A stretch of DNA of 64,000 bases from Vicugna vicugna (lineage: Eukaryota), in assembly GCA_013265495.1 (NCBI GenBank), contig MU058478.1:452032-516031 (forward strand). Reading direction: 5' to 3'. The notes beneath the pieces are model-generated. The model had not been told where the DNA came from, made no database searches, and was given only the letters and a program-made list of their open reading frames with translations. Of this stretch, positions 62,341 to 64,000 are shown piece by piece. Both the position numbers and the translations under genes were made by a program. Each line of letters starts with the position of its first letter. Position 1 is the stretch's first letter.

Positions 62341-62473
62341 GGGGAGGGTGGAACTCAGGGGTAGAGTGTGTGCTTAGCGTGCAGGAGGTCCTGGGTTCAA
62401 GCCCCAGTGCCTCCATTAAAAAAATAATAATAAATCAATAAACCTAATTATCTCGCTCCTAAACAAAAACAAA
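62341..62473 (+). mobile_element. Vic-1-like SINE
   Basis: ggggagggtg..ctcagg..gaggtcctgggttcaagccccagt..aaacctaatta; imperfect TSD taaaataaagtgcctt/taaaatgaaatgcctt. Confidence 0.93.
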
Positions 62474-63955
62474 TAAAATGAAATGCCTTCATTCATTATT
62501 TAAGTGAACTTACTCCAGAAAAAAATAATATTTTAAGGTATTACTTCACTATCATGGTTAATGACTATCTAGTATTTTATTTTGCATATGGAATATAAAG
62601 AACTTTCTAATAATGGGCACTTAGATATTTCTGTTTAAGTGTGTGTGTGTGTGTGTCTAGGGAGAGAAGGAAAGAGAGACTCTTATGCGTTTAAATTTAA
62701 GTCGAAAGCTACATCAGAGAGTCAGCATCCTTCCGTGATGGACCAGGAATGTTGGGTTACAGAAACTGACTTTTGATTTTACTCAGTGAAGAAAAAAAAA
62801 AAAAAAAAGAGGAGAATCATATTTCTAAATCTCTTCTTTAGGCAGTGAGTTGATTCGAATAAGTCAAGTCTATTTTAAAATATTCTAAGAAGAAAAAGAA
62901 TAAACTCTTTCGTTATTTAAGTTCAATGCCACTGCTCTCTGGTGATTCTTTGCAGTGAATCCTTCAATGTTCTATTTCCTTCAGTCCTGTGCAATTAATT
63001 CTGGTATTTTCAGCCACATTCGAAAGGTAAAATCTGTAAATGGAGGTTTTGTTCTAAATCTCAGCTCCAGGTACAAATAGCTCTCTGGATCTGCACCCCC
63101 CTGGATGGCATATCCTCTTGAATTTGCAAATACACCAGACGCTTTCTATTTCTTGCAAGTAAATTATAAGAAAATACTGTCGAGCAACACCATGCCTTGA
63201 AGCTGTAACTCTTTGTTAAATGACCCTGTGTAACAATGTTACCTTAAAATGTACCATCAATTTAAACTGTTTCTTTTCTGTTAGGTTTGTTGCAGGATGA
63301 CCTTAAAGAAAACCCGTACAGACCTTGAGTTGATTTATGTTATTTTTGTTTAGACACGGTGCCTCCTCTTTCCACCACATTATCACTCTTTCCTAGACGT
63401 TGTCCCTTATCACAAGCATATAAAATAGAAGAAAGCCCTTTAAGATGTTGGCCAATAAAAACTTTTTTTTCCCTTTGCCTCTCAAGACATCAGTTCACTT
63501 TATGATTCAGTTAATTTAAAAATATCCATCTGAGGATTGAAGAAATAGCTGTCGGCACGAAGCTTGCCTAGAGCCATCATTCCTACTTCTTTTGGTTTGT
63601 TCCTAAAATTTATTACAAAAATCACTTTTTCCTCTCTCGGCGTTAAAACTACCTTTTGAAACTTAGCTTGTGCACTTTGTATCAAGCAAGAATATCATTC
63701 AACTTTAAGCACACTGACTGGGTGAGATGAGAAAGAGAATAATAAATGTGTTTGGATGCTTAGGGCAATAAACTCTACACTCAGATATGTTCCGAAGGAG
63801 GAAGAGCCACATGCAGAATCTTCTGGTCGTTCAAGGACAAAGCGTGTGCCCTGAAGCTGACTCTGCCCACCTGACAGAGGTGATGGGATGGGGGCCACAG
63901 GTAAACAGGATTGCTTATCAGAAGAGGATGATGTAAAAAATTACCAAGAAATAAA

Positions 63956-64000
63956 GGGGAGGGTGTAGCTCAGTGGTAAAGTGCATGCCTAGCATGCATG
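63956..64000 (+). mobile_element. Vic-1-like SINE 5' end, running off the window
   Basis: ggggagggtgtagctcagtggtaaagtgcatgcctagcatgcatg. Confidence 0.9.

Overview
This is mammalian, non-coding, repeat-rich DNA, most likely from a camelid (alpaca, llama or camel). The evidence is six copies of a tRNA-derived SINE that match the camelid Vic-1 family as I recall it, plus artiodactyl-type L1 3' ends. I cannot support any intact protein-coding gene. The ORFs with recognisable protein similarity are decayed L1 ORF2 fragments and an ERV-L pol (RNase H) relic, and the long ORFs run through two assembly gaps (10669-11466 and 29443-29879). A large part of the window is transposon-derived: L1, L2, MIR, Vic-1, MaLR/ERVL/ERV1 LTRs and hAT-Charlie. 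The unique DNA includes homeodomain/SOX/POU/RFX-motif-rich blocks that look like enhancers in a gene desert or large intron. The most notable structures are: (i) two related solo LTRs, each with its own TSD, inserted back-to-back 199 bp apart; (ii) two ~50-bp templated insertions inside one old L1, each copied from nearby downstream DNA; (iii) an inverted pair of L1 3' UTRs; (iv) three diverged 96-227 bp tandem duplications; and (v) a 9-unit A-tract minisatellite. I found no convincing novel biological system. Repeat subfamily names come from recalled consensus sequences, not from a database search, and boundaries of old elements are approximate.
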